Assembly (NCBI GenBank): GCA_964647565.1
Contig: CAZYIM010000021.1
Span: 1-44,947 of the forward strand
Reading direction: 5' to 3'
Length of the DNA: 44,947 nucleotides
DNA from: an uncultured Methanosarcinales archaeon
GTDB taxonomy: Archaea > Nanobdellota > Nanobdellia > Woesearchaeales > CAZYIM01
Positions within the stretch are counted from its first letter, which is position 1; every line of letters starts with the position of its first letter. This document shows positions 1 through 9,549 of the stretch, piece by piece. The translations under genes were made by a program, and so were the position numbers. Below the pieces are notes generated by a model. That model worked only from the letters and a program-made list of their open reading frames with translations, had not been told where the DNA came from and ran no database searches.

Positions 1-448
1 AGTTATAATCGTTTTCAAAACAAATCGTATCACTTGTCTGATATGCCCTATTGACGCCATCATCTATAATAAATCCTACATTCTCATTAATTTTCTTTCC
101 ACCTTTTAAAGTTGGAACATATCCGTGAACTGCTTTTACAACTTCTATTCGGATATCATCTAAAGTCAATATATCATCAACCTTCACTATATTTGCAGAA
201 AGTTCTGGATATGCGTCAGCAACTTCTTTAGTAGTATAAAATCTTGTTTTTGGATTTTTCACAATCTCTTTGATGGCCTCGACATGACAATGGTCCCCGT
301 GTTTGTGCGTAACTAAAATAACATCAATATTTTTCCATTCATTATCAGGATAGGATTCTTTGTATTGGAGAGATCCTGGGTCTATAAGGATTCTCTTGTC
401 CTTTGTTTCTATCAGGATGCATGATTGAGCAAAGCGTGTAATTTTCAT
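1..448 (-). CDS. MBL-fold metallo-hydrolase (3'-truncated by window edge)
   Basis: Manual translation from ATG at 448: MKITRFAQSCILIETKDKRILIDPG...ILVTHKHGDHCH...KAVHG. Contains the THxHxDH metallo-beta-lactamase motif. Not in ORF track. Confidence 0.9.
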   Translation of the reverse strand, partial: MKITRFAQSCILIETKDKRILIDPGSLQYKESYPDNEWKNIDVILVTHKHGDHCHVEAIKEIVKNPKTRFYTTKEVADAYPELSANIVKVDDILTLDDIRIEVVKAVHGYVPTLKGGKKINENVGFIIDDGVNRAYQTSDTICFENDYN

Positions 449-611
449 ATTGATACCACTCAAATAGGCAGGGTTTAAATTATTTTCTTTTTTGTGCATG
501 CGATCAATATTGTCTATAATAATATGTTCAAATATTCTAATCTATTTTCAATATTGGCAAAGATTAAATGATCCTCCAAATAAGCCCAAATATGGTAAGG
601 AGGTGAATACC

Positions 612-839
612 ATGGGTTCAAATTGGAAAAAAGATGTTAGCAAGGCAAAGGAATATGTGGGCAGTGCAAAATACGGCACAACGCAGTACAATAGGAATGC
701 TGCCATTGTCCTGTCACAGCACGCAGGCGGAATGAAAGGCGCAACCAAGAGCAAGCTGGAGTCTTTGGCCAGTAGCGGAGATTCGCAGACAAGAAGAATA
801 GCCAGAAACGCCCTCAACGGCAAGAAATATCCAGTCTAA
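612..839 (+). CDS. Small basic hypothetical protein (75 aa)
   Basis: GGAGGTGA Shine-Dalgarno before ATG 612 (MGSNWKKDV...), in frame with ORF 492..839; poly-T tract after the stop. Confidence 0.7.
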   Translation: MGSNWKKDVSKAKEYVGSAKYGTTQYNRNAAIVLSQHAGGMKGATKSKLESLASSGDSQTRRIARNALNGKKYPV

Positions 840-1708
840 TTTTTTTTTTTTTTTAATTCCCCGAACTTCAACGTAAAGATATCTCCATATAATCCATTAA
901 TTATCCTTGCAAGGTTATGCATGTGGATTGTCTTCTGGCTCATCTTCTCGCTAAGCCGTATCTCATTCTTTAAGAGATAGGTCCTGTGCTGATAGTTATT
1001 ATATTTCTTAGTCTCAAACTTATAGAAAAGCTCATAGGCAATCCTAAGAAGAACCTTCACTTCTTTTTTAACCTCTTCTTTCTTTGGAATAACCAACTTC
1101 AACAGCCATTTGAACTCATCGTTGATCTTCTCCAATCTATCAAGTATCAAATAATATAATGGCGTCTTCCTAAAGTCAATATGTCCTTTCTTCATAAGGA
1201 TCCTCTGGCAATAATTAATCAACTTCTTTAAATTACGATCAAGAATCTTTGCCTGCACCAGGTCTTCACATTCAGACAATTCCATCAGCAACAAGAATAT
1301 CCTCCTGAACACTGTTTTAAATTCTTCTTCAGACTCCTTGGTTATATCTTTCACAATAAGATAGTCTTTCTTCTGTTCGACAATCTCATAGCCGATCAGC
1401 TTCTGTTCTACTATCTCAACTATGTCCTCAACTATTTTACTATCAGAATAGCTTATCTTCAATTCACCAACCCCTCTTCTATAAAGCCCCTGCAACACCT
1501 TGATAAGATTCTTTGCATACTCATCACCATTAACTAAAACCCTCTCTGCCTTATCCTTGTATGTAGATATCACAGCCTTGTTGCCGACTATCTCAAGATC
1601 CACAGACCTCTTCTTATCAAGACCAGCCTGCATAACAAATTCTTTTGGCAGTGTGACTGTGAACGACTGCCTTCCTTTAGGCCCTTGAGCAGTAAGTTTC
1701 TTTTCCAT
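836..1708 (-). CDS. AbrB/MazE N-terminal domain + PhoU-like helical regulator
   Basis: KKLTAQG...SFTVTLPKEF AbrB-like N-terminus; LYRRG, LIGYEIVE, FRRIF and LDRLEKIND match the archaeal phosphate-uptake-regulator architecture. Confidence 0.8.
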   Translation of the reverse strand: MEKKLTAQGPKGRQSFTVTLPKEFVMQAGLDKKRSVDLEIVGNKAVISTYKDKAERVLVNGDEYAKNLIKVLQGLYRRGVGELKISYSDSKIVEDIVEIVEQKLIGYEIVEQKKDYLIVKDITKESEEEFKTVFRRIFLLLMELSECEDLVQAKILDRNLKKLINYCQRILMKKGHIDFRKTPLYYLILDRLEKINDEFKWLLKLVIPKKEEVKKEVKVLLRIAYELFYKFETKKYNNYQHRTYLLKNEIRLSEKMSQKTIHMHNLARIINGLYGDIFTLKFGELKKKKN

Positions 1709-1755
1709 ACTATCAATAACTTTAATCAATATTTAAATCTTTCCATTTTATAACA

Positions 1756-1767
1756 TGTAATATTACA
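1756..1767. promoter_or_regulatory. Palindromic operator candidate TGTAATATTACA
   Basis: Perfect 12-bp palindrome between the divergent regulator and the 1859 operon. Confidence 0.4.
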
Positions 1768-1858
1768 ATTATATTTCTATAGAGTTAACTATTTACATAT
1801 AGAATCCTCTCTTTATACTGAGAGGAGGCAGGGAAGATCTTCTCTTGGAGAAAAGAAA

Positions 1859-2098
1859 ATGGCCTTGGAACAGGTAATAAGACAGGACTGGTGGGAATAC
1901 GATGACTGGGGACAGAGCCCGGGCGGATACTCATACCACACAAACCATGACTCACTTAATAAGTTCATCAAGCATGAGCTGGCAAGGAACACATCAACAT
2001 ACGCACTACAACCAAGAGGCACATCATACAGGGTCGGCGTAGATGAAAAAACATACGAGAGGGTCCAAGAGAGCAAGAACGGGACCTGGGAGGCTTAA
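1859..2098 (+). CDS. Hypothetical protein, paralog of next gene
   Basis: Shares LE.VI.Q.W.E...WG..P.GYS.H and VD.KTY....SKNG with 2100..2357. Confidence 0.8.
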   Translation: MALEQVIRQDWWEYDDWGQSPGGYSYHTNHDSLNKFIKHELARNTSTYALQPRGTSYRVGVDEKTYERVQESKNGTWEA

Positions 2099-2099
2099 G

Positions 2100-2357
2100 A
2101 TGAAAAAGCTAGAAATGGTAATCAAACAAGAATGGCTGGAAAGCGAAAGAGGCTGGGGAGCAAGGCCTGACGGATACTCATTGCATCTGACAATGGAAGA
2201 CCGCAAGCAATTCGTAAAGGACTACTGGGCCAGGATGCCGGACACAGTACCTGATGAATACTCCAGGCCATGCGGAAATCCTCAACACATTGATGTGGAT
2301 AAAAAAACCTATCGTGAGATCAAGGCAAGCAAGAACGGAATAAGGAGGTACAGATGA
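2100..2357 (+). CDS. Hypothetical protein, paralog of previous gene
   Basis: ATG at 2100 directly after the upstream stop; same motif set; stop overlaps the HD gene start (ATGA). Confidence 0.8.
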   Translation: MKKLEMVIKQEWLESERGWGARPDGYSLHLTMEDRKQFVKDYWARMPDTVPDEYSRPCGNPQHIDVDKKTYREIKASKNGIRRYR

Positions 2358-2842
2358 ACCTAACTCGACTTGCAGAACAATATGCAAGAAAGTACCATGA
2401 CGGCCAGTACAGGAGATCATCTAACCTGCCTTATTACGTGCATCCCAAGCATGTGGTTGGATACCTGGAAAAGTTCGGTATCAACGACCAAACAACTAAA
2501 GCTATCGGCTGGCTGCATGATACCATCGAGGACACAGAGCTTAATTACAAACAGATCAAACACATATTCGGAAAAAGGATTGCCGAAGGCGTGAATTACC
2601 TGACCAGGAATGTTGACAGGCAAACCTACAAAAACAGACTAAAACACGCTCCAAAAAATGTTATGATGGTCAAGCTCTGTGACACCCTAGACAATATTAA
2701 AACCCTGCACTGCCTCTCAGCTAAAGGCATTGAAAGAAAGGTCAATGACTGCAGGGAATTTTACATACCAATGGCACAAAAGCTCTGCCCTGCAATTGCA
2801 GATAGGATGGAATACCACTTCAAAAGGCAGAATATTTATTAA
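2354..2842 (+). CDS. HD-domain protein, RelA/SpoT-type small alarmone hydrolase (Mesh1/SAH-like)
   Basis: H.GQ.R...PY..HP, WLHDTIEDT, V..LT and VKLCD.LDN motifs. Confidence 0.88.
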   Translation: MNLTRLAEQYARKYHDGQYRRSSNLPYYVHPKHVVGYLEKFGINDQTTKAIGWLHDTIEDTELNYKQIKHIFGKRIAEGVNYLTRNVDRQTYKNRLKHAPKNVMMVKLCDTLDNIKTLHCLSAKGIERKVNDCREFYIPMAQKLCPAIADRMEYHFKRQNIY

Positions 2843-2864
2843 TCCAAATAATTTACCATTATCA

Positions 2865-3134
2865 ATGATTGTAACCATAATAGGCTTTGCCGGAATGTGC
2901 TGCATCCTTTTTGCCTTTGCAATGAACCAGTTCCATAAGTGGAAAGCAAAAGACCCTATCTACGATGCAGTCAACCTGTTGGGCGGAACATTACTGGTGG
3001 TATATTCCATTCTGATTAAGAGCTATCCCTTCATTGGCCTTAACAGCGTTTGGGTGGTTGTCTCATTTGTAGAACTAATAAGGGATTCTAAAAAGAAAAA
3101 GGAGTCACACCTTAGCCATAAGAGAAAGCTTTAA
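2865..3134 (+). CDS. Small membrane protein (CBU_0592-like)
   Basis: Three hydrophobic helices; IG..G...IL.AF, Y...NL.G..LL..YS and PFI.LN.VW pattern. Confidence 0.7.
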   Translation: MIVTIIGFAGMCCILFAFAMNQFHKWKAKDPIYDAVNLLGGTLLVVYSILIKSYPFIGLNSVWVVVSFVELIRDSKKKKESHLSHKRKL

Positions 3135-4264
3135 TGCGGGCGATGATAGCCGCCTCTAACCCCTTCCTTGGAGAACATTATCTGCCACAGCTGGTTGTTT
3201 CTTGCCCTGAAACTGCCTGCACAGCTCAATAAATAATAATCCCACATCCTCTTGAACTTGCCATCAACCCTGTCTTCATAATTATCCTTTATCTTATGCC
3301 AGTTATCGTTGAAGTTCTTGTGCCAGGCCATCAGGGTAGGATCATAGTCAGCGCCGAAATTATGCCAGTCCTCCATCACAAACAAGCCTTCAGAAGCCTT
3401 CATCAACTGCGCTCCTGAGGGCAGCATTCCTCCTGGAAAGATAAACTTATGAGTCCAGGGATCAGTAGCAAAGATTGACTTGTTGCTGCCAATTGTATGC
3501 AATAAGAACATACCGTCATCTGTTAAGCTGTCATGCGCCTTTTTCATATATGTCTTGTAATTCTTATGACCGACATGCTCAGCCATGCCAATGGATACAA
3601 TACGGTCAAACTTCCCTTTTACCTTTGTATAATCTTGTAGCAGGATCTCTACAGGAAGTCCCTTACACCGTTGCCTTGCCAGAGGCGCCTGGTTTTCAGA
3701 CAACGTCACACCGACAACTTCAACATCATAGTTCTCTGCAGCAAACTTGGCAAAGCCGCCCCAGCCACAACCAATGTCCCAAACCCTCATGCCTGGTTGA
3801 AGGCCGATCTTCCTGCATATCATGTCCAGCTTGGCAATTTGGGCATTATCAAGGGTCTGTTGGTCTCTCCAAAAGCCGCAGCTGTAGTTCATGCCTTTAT
3901 CAAGCATAACAGAATAAAGGTCATTTCCAATATCATAATGACTTTGTACATCTTTTTTTGATTTTCTCTTGGTCTGCTGGTTAAAAATTTTAGACTTAGC
4001 AAAATGAGCAAGAATCCGTAAATCGCCCCTGACTTTCTTATCCAGTTTGGCACTAAGAACATGGTCAATAAATTCATCAACCTGTTCACAGTCCCACCAG
4101 CCATCCATGTATGCCTCGCCAAGACCCAGATTTCCCTGAGCAAGTACCCTGGAATAGAGTTTCTCGTTATGGACCTGGATGTCCCAGGGCCTGTCTCCGT
4201 TGACCTTTACATCTGCATGAGCAAGCAATTCTTCAACTATAGATTTAGGGTTGTTTCTTGACAT
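3131..4264 (-). CDS. cfa: Cyclopropane-fatty-acyl-phospholipid synthase
   Basis: GLGEAYMDGWWD, HYDIGNDLY, YSCGFW, DIGCGWGG, FDRIVSIGMAEHVG, IFPGG and RMWDYYLLSCAGSFRAR. Confidence 0.95.
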   Translation of the reverse strand: MSRNNPKSIVEELLAHADVKVNGDRPWDIQVHNEKLYSRVLAQGNLGLGEAYMDGWWDCEQVDEFIDHVLSAKLDKKVRGDLRILAHFAKSKIFNQQTKRKSKKDVQSHYDIGNDLYSVMLDKGMNYSCGFWRDQQTLDNAQIAKLDMICRKIGLQPGMRVWDIGCGWGGFAKFAAENYDVEVVGVTLSENQAPLARQRCKGLPVEILLQDYTKVKGKFDRIVSIGMAEHVGHKNYKTYMKKAHDSLTDDGMFLLHTIGSNKSIFATDPWTHKFIFPGGMLPSGAQLMKASEGLFVMEDWHNFGADYDPTLMAWHKNFNDNWHKIKDNYEDRVDGKFKRMWDYYLLSCAGSFRARNNQLWQIMFSKEGVRGGYHRPH

Positions 4265-4355
4265 GATCACTTTACCTTGTTTCAGTTTGAGACTTTAAAA
4301 CGTCTCTAACTTCTCAGAAACTTTGTTTCAGAGAGTTCTCAGCCTCGTTTTTTTT

Positions 4356-4811
4356 TCACAAAACCGAGACATTTTTAATCTTTGGCGTGTTATGAAAATC
4401 AGTGACCAACCTGTCTGTATCACCAGAATAAATACCTATGAATTGCAGACCTTTCTTATCAGTCTCAAACTCTTGGTACAGGCTCTCTTGTGTAGTTTCC
4501 CTTTGACCTTTCCTGTGAGTGACAGGGCTGTCCACGATGACTGCAACCATATATTCAATTGTCTTAGTGCCATCCAAAACATCGGCATTCAATGCACCTA
4601 CAGGCATCTCTATATTCTTGCCAAAAGACACCTGGCGCAATGATTTGTATGTCCCATGGTCATCATTAAATTCCGGTTTAATGCTTTTTGTATAAGGAGA
4701 ACCTGTTTGGAATTTCAAGAGATGGACCAGTTTCCCTTTTATCACAGCCCAGTCAATTTCTTCCTTGATCTTTTCTGATTCTGCTTCATAGATAAATGCG
4801 TTTATTCCCAT
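4356..4811 (-). CDS. Hypothetical protein
   Basis: About 150-aa ORF filling the gap, with TTTAAA upstream on its strand; no motif recognised. Confidence 0.6.
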   Translation of the reverse strand: MGINAFIYEAESEKIKEEIDWAVIKGKLVHLLKFQTGSPYTKSIKPEFNDDHGTYKSLRQVSFGKNIEMPVGALNADVLDGTKTIEYMVAVIVDSPVTHRKGQRETTQESLYQEFETDKKGLQFIGIYSGDTDRLVTDFHNTPKIKNVSVL

Positions 4812-4926
4812 TGTAAGAGCATGGTAATACCACACTCATTTTAAATATTTCCATTAATAAGTAGTGATCTTCCAGTCAAAACATTTATTAAGTTGTTTTT
4901 AGCATCTTGGATTGAGGTGTTTATTT

Positions 4927-5112
4927 ATGGAAGATGATGCTCTATGTCCATTATTCAAGGAAATCTGCAAGAAAAAGCAATGCGCCTGGTATATCGAAAA
5001 ATACAAGGACCCAAACTCTGATACTGAAGAGCTGATCGGCCAATGCGCAGTCTATTGGACCAGCCAATGGATTGAAGACGTAGCAGTCAGCACGTCTGAG
5101 ATGGAGAAGTAA
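4927..5112 (+). CDS. Small Cys-rich (putative metal-binding) protein
   Basis: GAGGTG SD; CPL...C...CAWY...CA pattern. Confidence 0.7.
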   Translation: MEDDALCPLFKEICKKKQCAWYIEKYKDPNSDTEELIGQCAVYWTSQWIEDVAVSTSEMEK

Positions 5113-5113
5113 T

Positions 5114-6121
5114 TTAATCAATATTTATCAAGGTTTCATTAGTTAATTTCCTGACAATCTCATTTGTCGTGATCAGATTGCCGAGCTCACTGAGATGGAT
5201 GTTGTCCTTATATGCATCAACAAATTCAGGTTCAAGCACGTCCATCATGTCCAGAGAATAGAAACCATTATCTTCTGCTTCATTGACTATCTTGAGATGG
5301 ATTTTTTCATATTTTTCATCTGCATGCCTGATTGGAAAGATAACTAACAAGATTGGGATATCATTTTCCTCAGAGATTTTACCAATCTTCTCAAAAGCTG
5401 ATTTGACTCTGGCCCATTTGCATGTGGAGAGATATGGAGAATAGGTTAAGCTGTCAAGCCCTTTATTAGGCAAAATGATGTTCTCTATGAATGCTTGTCC
5501 TGTTTTATCCCATAATTCACTCCTAAACCTGCAATGGAATGGTACAAAATCATCTGTAATCTTATTCCTTTCTGCCTGATAATCAGCATCAAAAGGAAGG
5601 AAATATACAGGCAAGATATCATTCAGGCTGTAGCCGATGATTATCAGATCTGGTTTGAATCCTAAAACTTTTTTGTCGATATATTCAGCTTCCTGTTCAG
5701 AATTGTAGGCATCAACTCCAAGATTATAGACCTCTATATCTTTAGAGATTTTCTCTTGCAATTTTCTCTCCAAAAGTTTGGGCCACGTTTTATCCAGTTC
5801 AATCTCAACTCCGAATGTCAATGAGTCGCCAACAGTGGCGATCCTAAAAATCCCTTCTTCTTTCTCAACTGAGCTTGTGTAATCCCTCATACCCAACGAA
5901 TTAATCTTATATATGCCAGCTTCATAACCTCTCTTAAGTTCATAGCCCAGGATGAAATTATCAGAAGGTGTTATATATGCTTGGTCACTGCCAGTCTCAT
6001 AAAGGACTGGAAACTCTTTTCCAATTCGAAATATCAATTCTAGAATTATTAGAAGGATAACAATGCCAACAATCAATGCCGCTCTTTTTCTCCTCCTTGC
6101 CCTCTGCCGTTTGAACCCCAT
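5114..6121 (-). CDS. Membrane-anchored SGNH/GDSL hydrolase
   Basis: N-terminal TM; INSLGMRD, GDSLTFG, NLGV, ND and D.IH.S..G blocks. Confidence 0.9.
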   Translation of the reverse strand: MGFKRQRARRRKRAALIVGIVILLIILELIFRIGKEFPVLYETGSDQAYITPSDNFILGYELKRGYEAGIYKINSLGMRDYTSSVEKEEGIFRIATVGDSLTFGVEIELDKTWPKLLERKLQEKISKDIEVYNLGVDAYNSEQEAEYIDKKVLGFKPDLIIIGYSLNDILPVYFLPFDADYQAERNKITDDFVPFHCRFRSELWDKTGQAFIENIILPNKGLDSLTYSPYLSTCKWARVKSAFEKIGKISEENDIPILLVIFPIRHADEKYEKIHLKIVNEAEDNGFYSLDMMDVLEPEFVDAYKDNIHLSELGNLITTNEIVRKLTNETLINID

Positions 6122-6241
6122 CTTCAATCTTAATTATAGTGACTTTTTAAATTTTCCTCATTCCTTTTGGTTTTTTAATTTCAAAAACTTCATTCAGGTT
6201 TTCGAAACTTATATATAGAAACTAAACTGTCAAAAATAACC

Positions 6242-7492
6242 ATGGAAAACCTAATAATGTCGATTGGAAGTGTTTTTTTCTTTGTACTATTTGGTTTCCT
6301 GATATTCCTATTCTCAATATTCATTGTCTCGTTGATAAAGAAAGACCAGAAAAAATCTGGCTTTGAACCTGCAGTGACTGTTGTCATCCCTGTTTACAAC
6401 GAAGAAGACCATATAGCCGCAACCTTAGACTCAATCCTGGCAGAAGACTACCCTAAAGATAAAATAGAGGTGATTGTTGTTGACGATGGATCCAAAGACA
6501 AGACAGTTGAGATTGTCAAGAAATATAAGGCTGTTAGACTAATCAAGCAGGATCACAAGGGTAAGGTCCATGCTCTTAATACAGGAGCAAAAGCAGCCAG
6601 GCATGAGTTCATCCTTACTGTGGATGCAGATACCAGTTTCAATCCTGAATTCATCCGCGAGATGGTAGGCCCGTTTTCTGACAAGATGGTTGCTGCGACA
6701 TCCGGCGCAGTAAGAGTAAAAAACACCCATACTTTTTCAGGCATATTCCAAAACATAGAATATCATCAGAATAATCTAATAAGACGAAGCTTCTCAAAGG
6801 TCTTCAACACGGGCATCTGGTTCTTTGGCTGCCTTGCATGCTACAGGGCTTCAATACTCGAGCAACTTGGAGGCTTCAAGAAAGATACAATGGCAGAGGA
6901 CATGGATATAGCAATGGAGTGCAAGTCAAAGGGATATAAGACCATCAATGTCTCGCATGCAATCGCCTATACAAATGTGCCCACCAACCATAAGGATCTC
7001 TTTGAACAGAGATCAAGATGGTGGATCGGCGGCCTTCAAAGTCTGAGGAAAAACAAGAAGCTCTTCTCACTAAAATCAGATCCTTCAGTGCTTTTCCTCT
7101 TCATAAACCACTATTGGTGGGCATTCTACGCCTTCTTATCATTGCCATTTTTCATATACCAGATCAACTATTGGTTTCCTGCAGGCACCGAACCTTTAAG
7201 CGTTTTCATGTATTTTTTTAGATGGCTAAGCCTTGCAGGACCAGTCTATGTATTATATAAGATACCTGAATGGGGCCTGAACATCTATAATATATTTGGG
7301 GTGATGTCAGGTATTATAGCTACTGCAATGCTTGTTTCAGCTATCAAAGTATACAAGGACAGGCTATCTTTAAAGAATATTTTAGCGATATTTTTTTACT
7401 TCCCCTATACCATATTCCTTAACATTTTATTGGCAGGAAGCGTGATCAGAACATTAAATTTAAAAAAGGACGAGTATTTTATAAGGAAATAA
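6242..7492 (+). CDS. GT2 processive glycosyltransferase (PgaC/IcaA-like)
   Basis: IPVYNEE, DDGS.D, DAD, EDMD, QRSRW; N- and C-terminal TMs. Confidence 0.92.
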   Translation: MENLIMSIGSVFFFVLFGFLIFLFSIFIVSLIKKDQKKSGFEPAVTVVIPVYNEEDHIAATLDSILAEDYPKDKIEVIVVDDGSKDKTVEIVKKYKAVRLIKQDHKGKVHALNTGAKAARHEFILTVDADTSFNPEFIREMVGPFSDKMVAATSGAVRVKNTHTFSGIFQNIEYHQNNLIRRSFSKVFNTGIWFFGCLACYRASILEQLGGFKKDTMAEDMDIAMECKSKGYKTINVSHAIAYTNVPTNHKDLFEQRSRWWIGGLQSLRKNKKLFSLKSDPSVLFLFINHYWWAFYAFLSLPFFIYQINYWFPAGTEPLSVFMYFFRWLSLAGPVYVLYKIPEWGLNIYNIFGVMSGIIATAMLVSAIKVYKDRLSLKNILAIFFYFPYTIFLNILLAGSVIRTLNLKKDEYFIRK

Positions 7493-7504
7493 AGGTTTTA
7501 GCTA

Positions 7505-8836
7505 ATGATAATCACAGATATTGTATTGAAATATGTTGAATTAGCAAGAGCTGCTATGAGTTTCTATCTTAGACATACTGGCGACATACTTGATGGCCTG
7601 CACATCTTCTTTGACAGTACATTCAAGGTAGGCCTGTTGATCGCCATGTTTCTCTCAATCACATTCGTTGTCATCATCCTATTGACAACTATATTTCGAA
7701 GAAAAACAAAGAACTACGAATTCATACGTTCACAGGCACCGACAGTGACTATCCAAATACCGACGCGTAATGAGATAGTAGCTATTAACTGCGCAGAGAA
7801 CTGCCTTAATTTTGACTATCCTGAGGATAAGTTTGATATCCTATTAGGAGATGACAGCGATGATCCTGCAGTCAGTAAGGCATTGGATGAATTTGCAAGC
7901 AAGCATCAGAAAGTGAGGGTGATCAGGAGAAAGCATAACATCGGCTTTAAGCCAGGTAACCTCAATAACATGTTAAAGCATACCGCAGGCGAGATCCTTG
8001 TTATATTTGATTCTGATTATTTACCAAAAGAAGATTTCCTAAAAAGATTGATCGCTCCGTTCCAGCATGATAAAGAACTTGCAGGAACACAGGCCAGATG
8101 GAAACCGATAAACTGCGACACCAACCTGACAACCATGTTTGGGGCTGCATTGACAGAGGTATTCCACCAAATCTTTGTCCCATTCATGTACAAGTTCACG
8201 CCGACAGTCAATTTCTGCGGCTCTGCAGAAGCAGTCAAGAAAAGCACTCTTATAAAACTAGGTGGCTGGAAGACAGGCAGCTTTACTGAAGATATAGAAT
8301 ACACCATGAGGGTCTATAAGAGCGGATACAGGATACAATATATCCATGACCTGCCCTGCGAGATGGAAGTGCCTTACAATGCCAAAGACCTCTGCAAGCA
8401 GCAGATGAGATGGGCCTTTGGAGTCATCTATGCAATCAAGGAGCATTGGTGGGACATAATGAAGGCCAAGATCTCATGGCGGACCAAGATGAACATCTTT
8501 GTGCATGCCAGCGGCTACTGTTTGAGCTCGCTCATATTCTTCCTTTTCCTTTTCGGATCCTTATCATTTATCACACATCCGCCAGGACCTATTGATCTTT
8601 CCTTATTCATCAAGGAGACCATAACCAACATAGTGCTTACAAGCGGATTTTTAATAACATTGGCAGTTGCATTAGTCAGAAGTGGCAGATGGAAGAAGAT
8701 CTTTGCAGCCATACCAACAGCACTATCATTAGGACTGTTGGTCACATTCTATGTCAACAAGGGCATCATCAAGGTGTTCACAGACAAGAAGATGGATTGG
8801 TACCTGATGAAAAAGACAGGCAGGCAGGGAGCATAA
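7505..8836 (+). CDS. GT2 processive glycosyltransferase (cellulose-synthase-like)
   Basis: IQIPTRNE, DDS.D, GFKPGNLN, FDSD, TED, QQMRWA.G. Confidence 0.92.
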   Translation: MIITDIVLKYVELARAAMSFYLRHTGDILDGLHIFFDSTFKVGLLIAMFLSITFVVIILLTTIFRRKTKNYEFIRSQAPTVTIQIPTRNEIVAINCAENCLNFDYPEDKFDILLGDDSDDPAVSKALDEFASKHQKVRVIRRKHNIGFKPGNLNNMLKHTAGEILVIFDSDYLPKEDFLKRLIAPFQHDKELAGTQARWKPINCDTNLTTMFGAALTEVFHQIFVPFMYKFTPTVNFCGSAEAVKKSTLIKLGGWKTGSFTEDIEYTMRVYKSGYRIQYIHDLPCEMEVPYNAKDLCKQQMRWAFGVIYAIKEHWWDIMKAKISWRTKMNIFVHASGYCLSSLIFFLFLFGSLSFITHPPGPIDLSLFIKETITNIVLTSGFLITLAVALVRSGRWKKIFAAIPTALSLGLLVTFYVNKGIIKVFTDKKMDWYLMKKTGRQGA

Positions 8837-8837
8837 G

Positions 8838-9122
8838 ATGACAGAGAAAAAACATAAGGCAGAAGAGAAAAAGAAGGACGCATCATATGCCAACTTAGCA
8901 TTCATATTCGCCCTCCTGTTCTGGATACCCTTGTTTAGCATGTTCCTGATTCCACTGAGCATAGTCTTCTCAATACTAGCTTTAAAAAAGATCAAGAAGG
9001 ATCCTACACATTATTGCGGCAGCAAAAGGGCAATTACAGGCCTTGTGATATCAATCATCTGGATAATCGTGACAATAGTGGCCATAATCTACCTAGGTTT
9101 TGATACTGTCTTCCAACGGTAA
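8838..9122 (+). CDS. DUF4190-like small membrane protein
   Basis: Two hydrophobic segments around ALKKIKK...G...AITGLVI. Confidence 0.7.
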   Translation: MTEKKHKAEEKKKDASYANLAFIFALLFWIPLFSMFLIPLSIVFSILALKKIKKDPTHYCGSKRAITGLVISIIWIIVTIVAIIYLGFDTVFQR

Positions 9123-9174
9123 GATATATAAACATGTAGATATTTCTTATTAAAAAGGTTAGGAGGGTGGTAAT

Positions 9175-9522
9175 ATGGTTGATACACCAGAAGAAAAATC
9201 TAATGGACAAGTTCTGAAAGAAAGAGTGACTGATGCATATAAACAATATGCACCGATTGTACAGGAAAAGGCTGGCAAGGCATATAATGCAGGCAGGGAC
9301 TGGTCATTGAAAAACTTCATCAAGTATGAAGGTAAAATAAACAATGATAACAATTGGAAAGGAGCAGGCATAAGCTTCCTTGTTTGTGCTGTTTCAACAG
9401 CTATTCCTGGTCTGAGATTTTTGGAAGTTGCATCAGGAATAACCACAGGTCTTTTTGGTTACCGCGCATTCAAGGATGATAGGGCAACCAGAACAGAGTA
9501 CAATAAGATAAAGATGGATTAA
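9175..9522 (+). CDS. Hypothetical membrane protein
   Basis: GGAGG SD; C-terminal hydrophobic hairpin; T-tract after the stop. Confidence 0.7.
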   Translation: MVDTPEEKSNGQVLKERVTDAYKQYAPIVQEKAGKAYNAGRDWSLKNFIKYEGKINNDNNWKGAGISFLVCAVSTAIPGLRFLEVASGITTGLFGYRAFKDDRATRTEYNKIKMD

Positions 9523-9549
9523 TTCTTTTTTTTTCTTTTTCTTTATTCT

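Noticed and set aside
840..854. 15-nt poly-T run as a phase-variable tract
   Set aside because: It lies at the junction of convergent gene ends, where it is adequately explained as an archaeal T-rich terminator; slippage would only change the last few codons.
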